Part shown: piece after piece, positions 26,225-40,026 of the stretch
How the letters are laid out: the number at the start of each line of letters is the position of its first letter
Numbering within the stretch: position 1 is the stretch's first letter
Assembly (NCBI GenBank): GCA_012026655.1
Contig: JAAILG010000176.1
Span: 62,001 to 126,000, forward strand
Direction: 5' to 3'
DNA length: 64,000 nt
Source: Hydrolagus affinis
Taxonomy: Eukaryota
Notes under the pieces: generated by a model
Told to the model about the DNA's origin: nothing
Seen by the model: only the letters and a program-made list of their open reading frames with translations
The model's database searches: none
Made by a program: the position numbers and the translations under genes

Positions 26225-26405
26225 ATTAGCTCTCCCGCTGTTCTTTTTTGAAAATGCGTTGCTTTCTTTTCCATTGACCATGCTTCCAGTCATTGTTCAC
26301 CCAACTCCTTGCTCTCGGTTCCATTGCCCAGACAGAATTGTCAAATACTTTAGGGCATCCTCCCAACGTGAAATGTACTATATAAATGAAAATTGCATTG
26401 CATTT
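26225..26405 (+). mobile_element. L2 LINE 3' tail fragment
   Basis: tgtcaaatactttagggcatcctcccaacgtgaaatgtactatataaatg. Confidence 0.6.
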
Positions 26406-29309
26406 AACTTTCTGCTTTACGAGAAAGCTGATGCAAAACAACGCAGTGTTTGCTGGCTGCATCAGTACTCCGAGACATCATCCTGTTTGAAGGTCACGCT
26501 AGACTTGTTTGTTGTCCATGTTGAGCTGAATCATAGCACAATCTCCAAGGTCTGTCTGTGGTCACAGGGATCGTGGAGTCGGGCATGTGTTTCAAGCGTT
26601 GCCGCTGTATTAGAATTTGCTGTTGAATCGTAGCCGACATGTGATGTGAAAGCACCTCTTCCAGGTGTTCTTGCTGTTGGTAAGACATTGGTAGTTTATT
26701 AGGTGCCAGCGGAGCGGGGAAAGTGGCTGGGTTAGAAAAACTGTCATCGAGGAAATTATAGCGGAATATAAAGCATGTTGGTATCTAACTGCAGAACAGG
26801 TGTTTGTTGCATATGTGCAGCTGGCTTGGTGACCCTGCAGCTCTACTGATGAAGACTAGAATACTAATTCAGGTCCCAAGTTTGGCTTCAGCCTCAACTG
26901 TGTTTGCAAAAGCTTATCTCCGTGAGTACGTTTTGTCCATTTGGGAAAGGTTTCTTGGAGAAATGGTGGAACAGAAGGGGAATTTGCCTCGACCTACTAA
27001 TTACACTTGCAAACCGACACAAAGGAGCATTGGCAAATGCACAGAGCACCCGGGACTCAGACTTATGGACATTATCAGCTGAAGGAGTGTGGAAACAGTA
27101 ATAATTAACTGTGCTCTACAATCACATTTGATTGAAAAAAGTTATTTAACAGTCCTGTTTAAATCACCCAGCTGACTGTCTGTCATGTTCAGCATCTGGT
27201 ATTTGGGCTCAGGAGGTTCAATGAACTGTAAATTTTATTCATAATCTTGGAGTTAGGGAGATTGAAACATTTTGCTTTTCTCTAAAAAAAATTTGAAAGC
27301 TGCAGATGTTAGTTTTTGGAGAAGAACTTTTGTGGTGTTCAAATTGATAGTTGGATCCAGATGTGGGAATATTTGGGGGATTGTCGACAGGGCAAGCTGG
27401 TTCTGAATGATTTAGCATTTGACTGTTCAATGTTGAGCTGTGCTAACAGTGAATTTCAAAAGTAGGGCAGAAAACCTACTTTGTGGTGATGTGCTGGATG
27501 AAGCTTGACAACTGGGGAATGGACCAAGTTGTAAAGTTTTTTTGTCACACAGATTTCTGTTTACTTTCTCTGAGAGCCAGTCAAATAACATTGGACAGAT
27601 GGTCATTACAAATAAGAATTTTCACAGCCAGCAGCAATGGCTAAGAGCCAATTAGAGACCTATTGTAACAGAGCTCGCCGTCGAGTAGCAGAATGAATCT
27701 CCTGCTCCCGTTTCACTCCAACATCACCGCATTGATTCATAGCCCATGGAACAGTGACTGTGAGGGGAAAATTCCAGCACAGACAAAATGGGCTGAATAA
27801 CTTACTTCCGTGCTGTAAATTTCTATCATGTTTATGGTTCTGGATCCAAAGTGATAGAGCTTGATTTACAAAAAAAAATGCAAAAAGCTTTTTTTGGTGG
27901 GGAAATGTTTACGTGACATGAGGTGTAATCTCTGACTAGGCGTGTGTGTGTTATTCCTACATTTGGCAATGTGCATCTTCTCTAAAAGCCATTGGTAATG
28001 CCCAAAAGGCCTTCCGCATCTGAACCTCACTTGAGACTTTATGAAGATGCCTTTTGCACAATACCACTGAATCTACTTCGGCTTGAAGAGGTGTGTACGC
28101 AAAGAATGCGGAACATTTTGGGGGAGCATAAATTAATGTGTTTGGTCAAGTGTCAGAATAAAGATAAAGCGGCTGACTAAGAAATCTATTTTCTCCTTCA
28201 TTGACTCAGAATTGGAACTCATGAACTTATGAGAGAGCATAAAAGCTTTCTCCGCAAATCACCTGGAATGTATGATTGATTGCAGAGATGGGAAGGGTGA
28301 TTCAGGGCCTGTGTTGATAAATGACAGGCAGTAGCAGTTTCTCATTGGTCTGGTACAATCAGGTTCAATACACATTTAACAATGTCTATTATATAAAGTA
28401 GAAACTTATCTGAGCACCTCAGATTTGACATAGACATCCAGGTATTAAATGAGGGGAGGGGGATTATTTTACAAAGTCAAAGCAGTTACCGTATAAGATT
28501 TATTTCAATAGCACATACAAGTATGAATGTACCCATTGGAATCAATGTACGCCCAATAAACATTGATGCAGTTCTACGGTATAAGCCATAAACAATGCAA
28601 TAAGTCATTAGTACATTATTTTACATGGAGAGCAGTTCAAAGACAGCAGAATCATGTCTGACTACAAAAACTCATATGGCTAGTTCCTTCAACGATCAAC
28701 CAAGTCCCCAAACACCAGATCGTGAAGAACAGTAATCTTTGCACGTCCTGATAATTGGCACAAATCTCACAATGTTTGCGTAGGTTTTGTTTCAATGTAA
28801 ACTACTCTAAATTGCCCTAAATAAAAGAATTAGTCTCAATTGAGTTCCTGATGGGTTCTATTTTGTGATGTTGATTTTCGAACCTCTTCCATTGCATCAT
28901 TATGGATAGTAGTAGAATCTACTTTGGATGCAATAGATTTTTATTTGTTCAGATGGATGTGTGACCCTGAAACTCATTATCGTAGATAAAAGTGTCCAAA
29001 CCAGACTGCCGGTTTCCACTTGGATGACACAATTTTGGGAATCATTAGAAATGAGGCTTGTGAAAATGATATACTATATGGTATTGCGTTTCCCACCCGT
29101 AATATCATAATATGCATCCAATGGTAATTTTTCACTCCCATCTTAGCAGTTTTAAATACTCAGCTCCCGTCTGAAATGAAATAGGTGCAATCAATATATC
29201 ATCAAGATGCAAATGTACCTTATCTATTGAAGCGAAATAAGTTCAAATGCAGGTGCTTTTCTTTCCGACAACAAATTGAGGATTTTGAACAAGCTCTGTG
29301 GGAAAGCAA

Positions 29310-29447
29310 TAAATAATAATAATAATCTAATCCTTGCATTTGATATAGTGCCTTTCATGTATTCTAGACGTCTTGAAGCCCTTCACAGAACATACTGGAA
29401 AGTGAATTGACTGTATATTTGTGGGTGAAACGCGGCAGCCAATTGTA
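29310..29447 (-). mobile_element. Deu-type SINE 3' fragment
   Basis: atccttgcatttgatatagtgcc…aagtgaattgactgtatatttgtgggtgaaacgcggcagccaattg. Confidence 0.88.
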
Positions 29448-29479
29448 TCCGATTGAAGGCTGTTGAATTCAGAACATAG

Positions 29480-29720
29480 CTGCTGAAACAATATCTTACT
29501 TCAGTAAGCGAGTAGTAAACATATGGAATGGGCTCTTTGGGGAGACGTGAAAGCAGAAAGTGTTGATTCTTTCAAGAACAAATTGGATAGATTTATGATC
29601 GATGCAGTATGTAGTTTGGGACATAACATGTCATACAACTGCCAGGATGAATGAAAGAGAATTGGAAGGACCTTGGTCTTCTTTCTCCCAGCAAATGTTT
29701 ATGTGGTTATGTTCTTATAT
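29480..29720 (+). mobile_element. CR1 LINE 3' end
   Basis: cttcagtaagcgagtagtaaacatatggaatgggct…tttcaagaacaaattggatagatttatg (FS.RVVN.WN.L…FK..LD.FM) and tatgttctta tail. Confidence 0.75.
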
Positions 29721-31639
29721 CTTCTGAGCATTATTTTAAAAGATTTTCATTGAATTTATCCATGTTTTGTACTGATTTTTTTTAACAAGAAAATTAGCTC
29801 CTGAATAAACCAAAACAAACCTGTGCTTTTATTTGGTTGATGAATAAAGACTTTACATGGCCCTTTAAGAAATTTTTATCTGAATAAGTTTGCCCTTTTA
29901 TAAAGGTTCCAAATGCATAGCACCTCCTACTGATGTATTTTGAACTAATTATTCTTCAAATTAAGGCAAAGCAGCTAGCGAGTAAGTTAATATGAACTGC
30001 TGATAAGCCATTCGCATTAGCTGCCTAATTAAGATAATATTAATGCTAAATTCCAAGTTGCACAGACCAAAGGGCTACAAATAAGAAGGTAATTTGCTAT
30101 AATTTAGTCTATTTCTACTTTCTGTCATTAATATCTTCTCTGTACATCTATGCGTTTTGACACTTCAAAAGAATTACACTTTCGACAAAAAGGATTTATT
30201 TGAAATTAAAAGCAATGATCAGATTAAGGGCTGGATGGGCATGCTGCAAGAATGACATGACCAAGACTCTTCATGCTGAAGTTTCTAAAGCTGTCGATAG
30301 CCGAAAGGTGTGTTAAGTGTGTAATACCACATAAACCAAACCAAAGCACACAAGTTTGTTTTTATTATTGGGGAGGTTAAGGAGTGGGAATCACTTACCA
30401 CAAATGCTTCAATGTACAGGAGTTCAGCTTGAGATGAAAAGAAGACAAAAGTTCATTGTAATTTATAGAATCTGTACACTGATTTTACAAATGTTCCTTC
30501 ATCCAGCTCTGACATGAAACTGGAGTTAAAACATTGAATGCAAAGCATTGAATAACAACAACAACAACTTGCAACAAAGAACCTCAGAGCGTTTGAGTGC
30601 ACATCACCTTGTGCAGAGGCTCAGAGATTGACAGTAAAGGGTTTTTTCTTTCCACATTCCACCGAATCTGCGCATGTGGTGAGTTGGTGAATTAAGTTTT
30701 CTGTTTGATAGTTTTCATATGAAATTTGACCTACTTGTCCTTTCTCAATTAACAGTGCCAAGCTTGGAATCTGTGAGAAAACATTCCAAAAGCAATATTA
30801 GTAAATCACCAGAATCACAGTAAACAGTTCACATGGTGATAATTCTACTTTAGCACTGTTGGAATTGTAAATTGGAATTATGAAGTACGCTAGTCACTGC
30901 AAAGTATACCAACATAGCGATCCTTCTCGGTATATTAAGGTTGAAACCAAGCATGGCCAACTATGCTTTACTGGAATATGATGCCGCAATTTATAGGTAC
31001 TGTAAAATCAACAGCAACAAGATTACATTCATAGAGTGTCTTTTACATCCGGAGAACACCCCAAGGTGCTGAAAATGTGGAAAATAATGAAATGAATCCA
31101 AATTCCCAACAGATAATTTAGCCGAGGAAACAAGTTTTGTTGAGTTCCCTTAACTATCTCCAGTATACTAGACTGACACCTGTGAAATAGGGTTAGAAGT
31201 GTGAAATTTCCTTTGCAAAAGCCTTTGCCATACGAGAGAAATGTCTGCCGACAGTGTGAGGACGTAAACCATATTGAAGATTGTTAGAAACCTATAAGCA
31301 AACTTCACACCAGCAATCCAATCCAGGGATTCATATCCAAGAGAGCACAGTTCAAGCATTCTGTCATCTAAAGTTTGAGATTGGAATCGTGTATGAAATT
31401 CAGTTCCACTTCGTTGATGTCATTTACAGTGTGGCAGCCAGGGAAATTGTGTTAAACTATTTTCTTCAGCCTTGATAGGCTATTTATTTGTGCATCAGAA
31501 TTTAATACCATTTAAATCGCAACATGCCACAGCATGAGAAACATTGGGTCAAGATCATGATGTGCGATGTTAACCAAATGACCTCTTGTTTAAGGTTTTA
31601 TCCCTATAATCAATGTGTTGTTAATTTCCTATTTCGACT

Positions 31640-31912
31640 ATAGTGCTTCACGGATTGTACTGTAAATTGAATTGACTGTATATTTTGTGGGTGAAACACG
31701 GCAGCCAATTTTCACACAGCAGTGTTCCACAAATGGTGATGAATTGAGTGACCAAATAATGATTATTTTATTTTTTAAAGGATTATTAAAGTGATCCGCC
31801 GATCGATGAACAACCAAGTTCTCACTTCCTGCTAGGTAAACAATGGTGTGTGGAGTAAGGAAACTTGCCTAATGTTTTGCCCTGCCAGGAATTGAACCCA
31901 GGTTCTCTTGCT
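31640..31912 (-). mobile_element. Deu-type SINE, most of body and part of head
   Basis: gaattgactgtatattttgtgggtgaaacacggcagccaa…tgtggagtaaggaaacttgcc…ggaattgaacccagg. Confidence 0.85.
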
Positions 31913-32649
31913 TTCTCTTTCAAACTGATATAAAACTGCTTAAAACAAACTGCGCTTGAGGAATAATTTTAGTTTTAACTTCCTGAAATTGACATGTGTC
32001 GTGCGTATAATATTAAATGTAGCAATGCAATTTATGTGGGTCATCAAGTCATTTTCTCTGGCAAAACTGATAGTGTAGAATTCTCTGCCACGTTCTTTGG
32101 CTTGGATAGACAGTGATACGTTTTAGCGCCTTCTCACTTTCACTCAGCTTCACCCGTCTTGAATTCAGTGAGGCTAATCCTAGATTTTCCTACTCTTTAT
32201 AGGAATATGAAGAAAAAATAAGTTCAGTCCACTGAGCTGCTCACTCCCATCATATCATATAGAATTGTTGCTGTCATGAATCATTTAATCTCCTGATAGA
32301 GATGAGTAACTACAGATGGAACCTCCGGAAAGCAGATCTCTGAAGGTTATCAAAGAAACATCTATTTGCCTCATTCAATCCTTTCTGTCTTTCCCAATAG
32401 GCTTCTTCCATTGGGGGCCCCTGCTGTGCTACTTGAATCTGTAGCACAGACCCACGGTGCTTTACAGCACGGAAGAAAACCTCTTGGCTCATCATGTCTG
32501 CGCTGGCTCTTTGAAATTCAGTCCCACTTACCTGTGTGTTCCATTGGCTGCATCAATGTGTATTGACTTCCATTTTCCCATGTTTAAATTCTATTTGCTA
32601 CCGCTTTATTTGTTTATTTGATCCAACCATCAGTTCAGAGGCAGATCCC

Positions 32650-32710
32650 TGACTGTCCAGCACCTTGGGGCGTACTCCTGATGCGAAAGGCTCTGTTGTT
32701 GTTGTTGTGG
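32650..32710 (+). mobile_element. L2 LINE tail fragment
   Basis: ctgtccagcaccttggggcgtactcctgatgcgaaaggc then (gtt)n. Confidence 0.65.
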
Positions 32711-35700
32711 CTTGTTATTGCCAGATCAACTTCCACACCAGATACCTAACGGACTAACAATCATACTGCCCCTTTTGCACTGTCACATCATGTGGTTCCA
32801 CAGCTAAGGATCTTCTACATTTTAGATGTAGTTTTGTTTCTTCGCCAGTGAAGATGTTGTTGTTGATCGAGATGTTGGAGTCTCCGAGAGATATTTCGCT
32901 CTCAGTCTAATGAAAGTTTTGTCTCTCCAGAGTAAAAGCAAGCCACAACATCTTCTGTCGCTGCCTTCTAAACTTAGCTGGAAATTCGGAACAAAAGGAC
33001 TCGGTGATGTCACATACCAGATGCCTATCAGCCTTGTCGGTCACTAAATCTGAGAGGTAGGAACTCCTTGCACCAAACAACAACAAACTGCGTTTATTTG
33101 TTGCTGGCGCCTTTCACGTCGGGAGGATGTGAGAAGAAAATGAAGCCTCAGTCCCGCAGCTTATTTTTTGACGTTTGCATTGTGACGGTAGCTGTTGCGG
33201 AAACTGGGCAAATCGTTTGGTTGCTCATTTCTGCTGGCTTTGCTGACATGCAGGCAAGCGCTGCACCATATTAATTATGTCCATTTTCAGTGCGGTGATA
33301 TTGTGACAATACAAGGCGATTTTTTTTATTTTACTGCCACTTTTGATTTGCCACCCCAGAGCATCAAAGTGACAATAACAAGATGTCACTTTTCCTCAGG
33401 GAAGCATTCCAGACCAACCGTACAAGCAATAATATAACTCAAATAATCTGGTCATTCTTTTGCAGTAGCTGCCAGTGTCGCCAAATTGAGCTCATGATCC
33501 GATTGCCCATTAAAGAATGTACAATCACTTGCATCGGCGCTGGGGCTAACTGATGCATTTATGTGCATGGACAATTTGGTGCTGAAACAAAGTGACAAGG
33601 TGTAGGAAACAGCAATAACACATGACCTTGTCAAAGGGAATCTGTCCAAAGAAACAAAGGATTTCGCTGAAAATAACAGCAGACAGTAAATGGAATTTAA
33701 TACAGAAACCATAAATATTTATTGTACTTTTTATCATCTTTGCTAAAATAGTAAATACATAGTTATATGTTTGTCTCATATCCCCGCAGGGACAAAATTA
33801 TGTATTTATTTTTCCCAGGTGAAGTCTGCTGTAATGTTTGGCTATGTACTGAGAGTTTAATGATGAGTGCTCCAGGTATAACAATAGTAACTTATTGATG
33901 GGTAAGGACCTCTTCAAATCTTCATGCCTTCAGGTTGCTGTTTTGTGGAGAAATGAATGCAGCTGTGAAATTAATTTTGAATAACATTGTCATTCTTTCT
34001 TTTCTAGGGAAACGCAGGAAACACACAAAGTGAATGCTCCATTAAAGGCTCCCTGTACTGACATGGACTTGTTGGCCAAGCACTTTTGGAAAGAACCTGG
34101 ACTTTGACTGGTAGGAAACCCTGACAATTGAATGAACTTCTCAAAATAAATTCCAAATAGCAGAGTAACACCATGTGAAGGACAAGGTTGTGAAAAGCAC
34201 TGGTGAAGATTGCAGGTCTTCGTGATCTCAATAGGCAGGCTGTGCTCTGTGTTCTGAATCAGAGTTCTGATGCCTGACTGGCGTATAACACATTCTGTAC
34301 AATTTGTCTCTTTCAGTGAATCGAGTGCTGGGTCGGAATGTTGGATTTTATCGAATGTGAAATCCGTCTAGCAATCTTTAACGGCAAAAAGGGGCAAGTT
34401 GTTTTTACCTGAATAATGAAGCATGGGAATCTTCGGTCTGGCTGATTTATTCAGCTGCATGTTGATGCCATTGACTTTGGAATTGGGAGAGCCTGACTCC
34501 ACGAATTAAAGCTCCAGTTCTACTTTTAATAAACAATGTTGATTTCATAAACTCCTCATCAATTCATGGTTAATCTGTGTGTGCTCAGACTTAATATTTA
34601 AAATGTCTCTGCCAGCAAATCAATTACTGAAATTAAAATTAAACATCTTCTAAAAGAACTTTAATTAATGTAAGATGCTGCCAAATCCAGATTAATTTCC
34701 TTAAGGGCACTAGCCTGATAAAAAAAAATCTTGTATTGAACACTTGACAAAACATAGTGGGTTTTTGTTCTGAACATTAATTGAATGAGTGAACAAGAAA
34801 GTTGGCAGCACTATGCAACTATGCCAGTACTAATCATGTCGTCAAGTGTTGAGTTACAAAAAATAGGATCCAACTATCCGACCAGTTCTATTGAAGGAAA
34901 GACACACAAGAACAATATACAGAGGTTAATTCATACTTGCAATTTGAATGTTAAGACACAAAAGTGATTGTTATCTGACAAAAATTATTATCTTCCGAGT
35001 TGCTTTTGCAAGAGAGGATGGGAGGCATGGGGGATATTTGGGGTTTAATCTGAGGAATGTTGTGTCTCATGATATGTCAGAATTGATCTTTCTTCCAAAA
35101 AAGACCTCAGTAACATTAGTTAAGTTTTATTGGATGTACAAAATATTCATTGAATAATGGATGATGGAATTAGATTAACATGAGGTACTGTTGAGTACTG
35201 CAGTTAATTATGAAGTACAGAACTGTATTTGATAAAACATGCAGTGAAAAAATATGTTTTCAGCGAGGAATTCTGTATTTGACACTAATTTCACTACTTG
35301 CTGTTTTATTTAAAGCATTTTCCTGTGTGTTGACAAATACAATTTTTGCTGTCTATGTGCCTACATGTAATTGCCAACAAATATAGCCATAATGTATCAC
35401 CTGTTGAAAAAGATTAGTTCATTATAAAGAAAATCAGTGACTGTATTTAATTTCAGAATTTATATTAAAATATTCACTTTTTGACAACCAGTAAAGTAAG
35501 TTCAAACACATAATAATTGCTTATACATTCACTAAGTGTGCCAAAGCTCTGTGAACTTCTTGAAAACCCCACAAGAAAAAACCCCACAGAGAAACAAGTA
35601 ATGTTTCTGGATGTATATACAAGTATACTAAGATTACGTATTGCAAATTGTACAAGAGTTTGTGTGGCTTTATATCACCACTGGAGCTGACAAGGTGTTG

Positions 35701-35969
35701 CTCATTAAGAAATTATAATATTGCTGTTGCCTCCCAATGAAAACTAGGCATTTTGCATACACATTCCTCACCCACATGGCATGCATGAACAACAACAATA
35801 ACAAACAACAACAACATGAAGTGTTATCTGTAAAGCAATCTTGGGTTAGAGCTGAGGTATCTGGTTGTTCAATGGACAAGGGTTCTCCCTTTCTAGGATG
35901 TTCAAGAATTTTACAGTGTCTCACTGCAAAAAAAAATGCAATTTAGGTCTGAAGATGTTTTTTCTACCA

Positions 35970-36430
35970 TTCCAAGCTTCATGATCCCCATCTCCCCATC
36001 CTCGTCTGATTCCACTGGCTCCCTATCACCCAGAGGATTGAATTCAAGATCCTGATCCTCACCTTCAAAGCCCTCCATGTCCTCGCCCCATCCTAACTCT
36101 GCAACCTCCTAACCCCCTACCAACCTGCTCACCCCTTCTGCTCAGCAGGCCTGCTCCATGTCCCCCAGCCCAACCAGCCCACCATTGGCGGGTGAGCCTT
36201 CAGCGACGCTGCCCGCAAACTTCTAGAACTCTATCTCACAGTCCCTCCACCTTGTCCCCTACTTAGCCTCCTTCAAGACCTGCCTCAAGACTCTCCTTTT
36301 CGACAGTCCCATCGGTCACCCCAAATCCCCTCCTGTCCTCAGCTCGGGTCTGAAACAATGACTGTCCAGTGCCTTGGGATGTCCTGCTGATGTGAAAGTC
36401 ACTATACAAATGTAATTTTGTTGTTGTTGT
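35970..36430 (+). mobile_element. L2 LINE 3' fragment (~460 bp)
   Basis: Encodes HWLPITQRIEFKILILTFKALH (L2 ORF2 C-terminus); tail gtgccttgggatgtcc…tatacaaat(gtt)n. Confidence 0.92.
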
Positions 36431-38789
36431 TTTTCCACAAGTAGACAACTGTAATACAGTATTACTGTTTACCCGAGGAATTCTTTTCCGAGCGCAGTAT
36501 CTAAAATGATGTTCTCTGAGAGAAAATCAGAAAGCTAAGAACAAGAGAATCATTAGAAAGACATATGATAGCTACTTGTTGGAACACAACTGAATGTCTA
36601 ACTATAAGTCTCACTTGGAACACATTGATAGCTAGACAGAGACTAGAAGAATCTCTTTTAATCTCTGTAATATTTTTGGAGAGTGCAATTTTTTTCCCCA
36701 AAGCACCTTAGTTTCTTTCATTTTGCCACCTGCCTCCCTTTTTTACAATGAAGAAAGCAGGAGAGTTCAAACTCCCAGCCAGTCAGCCAAACTAGTCCAC
36801 AATGTGATATTGCACCATGATTAGTAGGTTGGAGGTGTGATTGTAGTTAGGGAAGGCTGATTTATAACCCTCATGAACTGGCAAAACCCTGTCCATCTGA
36901 TGTTGGGCAGACAAATGTTAACCTTGTGATACAGTAAACTCGACCGTTGCATTATGAAACTGCCCAGTATTTCTCCATCAATTGTATTTTATTACCTAGT
37001 ATTAGTTAGCTCAATGAACTGATTGAAAAATACCACCATGTTCGAAGCATTAAATTCCAATAAAACATCCCAGATAAGAAGATAATTCAGAAAATCTTGA
37101 AATTTAGAGCTGGAAAAATTTAACAATCAGCTTGAGAGTTCATGATGAATTTTAATAGAATTTGAATGAATAACTTTTTTCAAAACACAGTTATGCGTAT
37201 AAATTTTAATTTTTTTAAGTAGAACTGTGATGATAATAGATTATATCGTGACTTTTCTCTATTCTTCTTGCCTATCTATGTAGGTCAAATATGAGACTTA
37301 TACATGGAAATGTGTTTTCATCATGATTAATTGTCTTAATTAACTCCTCAATTTCACTGCTATCTTTGTCGCCATCTCTCAGCAGGACACTCTTACTTAC
37401 AGCTCAAACAGGACAAAAAACAAAGAGCCTCTAAAGGTTGGAACTAATGGCACATCAAGGTAACATTCTGAATTCCCTCCACCAATTCATGCTGTTCAAT
37501 GTATTACAAGTCATTCCTGTAGGTGCATTCCGACCATTTCAACTCAACTGTACTTATTAACGATCAAACTAATTGACTGTTAATAATACGTTATACGTAA
37601 TACATACACGGTGGCATTAATCATTCATCACTGCATTTATTATTTAGACTTTGTGCATTTTATTTATTATTCATTATTACTTTATGTGCATTTACGTCCT
37701 TGTTAGTTGACACCTATTAAAGTAAAGGATGGGGTGCCTGGCCCACTGTGTTGGACCATTAACTATTGACATTTTAGTTCCAGGATTGAAATCCAAAGCA
37801 TACAAATGGAATGAAAGTGTCTTCACTCTGAAACACCACAATGATTCCAACTCGAATGCATTCCGTCTGTCTCGATCTTGATCTCAATCTCTCTCAGTAC
37901 TTGAATCGGAAACACAACCGCTCTTCCAGTGGCGCACATTGAAATCACATTCATCTTGTCCTGATCATTCATTCTTCTGTTCAAACAAAATGGGCTTCTT
38001 ATTTCATGTCATCGAAGCCACTGTTCTGGTGAAGATGCAACAAAAGGAATGGCTTAGAGGTAGCATATTCCAAAGTGGTCATTTTTCAATGATGTAGTTC
38101 AGTCTAGTCAGCCAGTGAATAACATTTGCTTGTCGCGAGCCAATACACCTGAAAAGATTATTATTAGTTTGTAACTTCTGTTTTCTCTTTTTTCTTCCAT
38201 TTTCACAAAGCACAAGTATTTCATTTGAATCTCTCTGCACAGTTCACACAATCAAACGAGTAGAAGCACAATTGACCACAAAGCTTTCTGCAAACTGATA
38301 ACATTTCTGCCATATCTATGTACATTTATAATATATAATATATATATTTTGGCGAGTTTTTTGAAAAAATCTAACTTTGCTTAAGCCTGTCTGAAAGAGT
38401 TGTTTTCAATTTAATTGAGATTTATTTCAGAGAATTACATAGCACAGAACACAAGGAGTTAAATAATCTTATCCCAATTTTCCGTTCCTTCTCTGTACCC
38501 ATCTGTTTTGTCCCTTATCAAATTTCTTCCAGGGGTATATCTTAATTGTATTTAATTTTGTTTTAATGATTTCTCCAGGAAAAAAACAATATAACTTTTT
38601 AAATCCTTTAACAGGACAAATGAACACCGTAAGTTATTTGAGGTAGAAAAGCACTTATTAATAAATTGTGAGGTATAAAGTGATCAAAATGGATTTTTGC
38701 AAACTGTCAAATCTTGTCACTGTAAACTCAAATTTTTTTTATTATATTGCATCTTCCTCCCATCAAGATTGAGGGTCTATTCTGTAGCT

Positions 38790-38940
38790 ATAGAATGATA
38801 CAAATTATAGCACAAGAGGAGCCAATTTTAGCCTGTCGAGTCTATGACTCACCGGAGCTAACTACTCTAATCCCAATTCTTTCTCTGCACCAATCTATGT
38901 TGTTCCTCATCAGATGTCCATCCACTTACATTTCTGATTA
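38790..38940 (-). mobile_element. CR1 LINE tail fragment
   Basis: tagaatgatac…agcacaagaggagccaattttagcctgtcgagtctatg. Confidence 0.6.
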
Positions 38941-39578
38941 AAAAAAAATTGCCTCTTTTAATAACTAACATTATTGTATGTATCATTTCCCTGTAAAGTG
39001 GACACTGTCACAGTTGATCATTGTTCACTTGTGATAAATCTCCATAGCTCCCTCTTTAAGCAGCATATGAAGGAGGTTAATCTAACATTGTTCCTGTTCA
39101 GCAGCAGTGTGTAATATCTTTCATAAAATACACTCATCAACTAGAATATCCTGACATTCACTTCAGGCAAAGGAGAGACTGAATTATTTCACGTACATTA
39201 ATAACTTTTACAATAATAACATGAAGTGTAGAAGGGGGACAGGTATAATAAATGTATTTTGCTTGGCAAGTGGAGAAGCTATACTAAGATTTTAATACAC
39301 CTCTTCCACATGTTGTATATCACAGACAAAATCCTATCACAATGTTTGACTTATATCAAGAATACACTTGGGTTCTGATGCTTGCTTGATGGTTGGACAT
39401 GTAATTAAATCATTTATAAAACAAAATAAATTAAAATACAGCCTTATCTTATTATCATAAATTTATAGGACTCAAGCTATCCTTAAATGATTAATCTTTC
39501 TGAGCTTGAGATCTTTCACCAATGGCAGTAAACTAAAGCTGTCACTAACTTGTGCAAATATTTGCTCTCAGAAGTTGG

Positions 39579-40026
39579 TTCCAAATTCCATGATCCCATC
39601 TCCCCCATCCTTGCCTGACTCCATTGGAGAGGATCCAATTCCAGATCCTGGTCCTTACATTTAAAGCCCTCCACAACCTAGTCCCATCCTACATCCGTGA
39701 CCTCCTATCCCCTTACCAACCTGCCCACCCACTCCGTTCAGCAGGCCCTGGCCTGCTCCATGTCCCCCTACCCACCCGCCCCACCATTGGCAGGCGAGCC
39801 TTCAGCCAATCTGCCCCCCAACCTCTAGAACTCCATCCCGAAGTCCCTCCACCTCGCCCCCTCCCTTGCCTCCTTCCAGTCTCGCCTCTTCGATGATCCC
39901 ATCAGCAACTCCTTCCCCCCCCACCCAACCCCTGTCCTCAGTTCAGGTCTGAATCAATAACGGTCCAGTGCCTTGGGATGTCCTCCTGACGTGAAAGGCG
40001 CTATACAAATATAATTTTGTTGGTGT
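39579..40026 (+). mobile_element. L2 LINE 3' fragment (~450 bp)
   Basis: ORF 39624-39896 ERIQFQILVLTFKALHNLVPSYIRDLLSPYQPAHPLRS…IGRRAFS; same tail as the 35970 copy. Confidence 0.92.

Noticed and set aside
26410-27100. Possible solo LTR (also 18650-18920, 54690-54930)
   Set aside because: GC-richer patches, but no clear TG…CA ends with target duplication.
37380-37465. Exon-like AG…AAG/GTAAC segment
   Set aside because: No recognisable protein similarity or partner exons.
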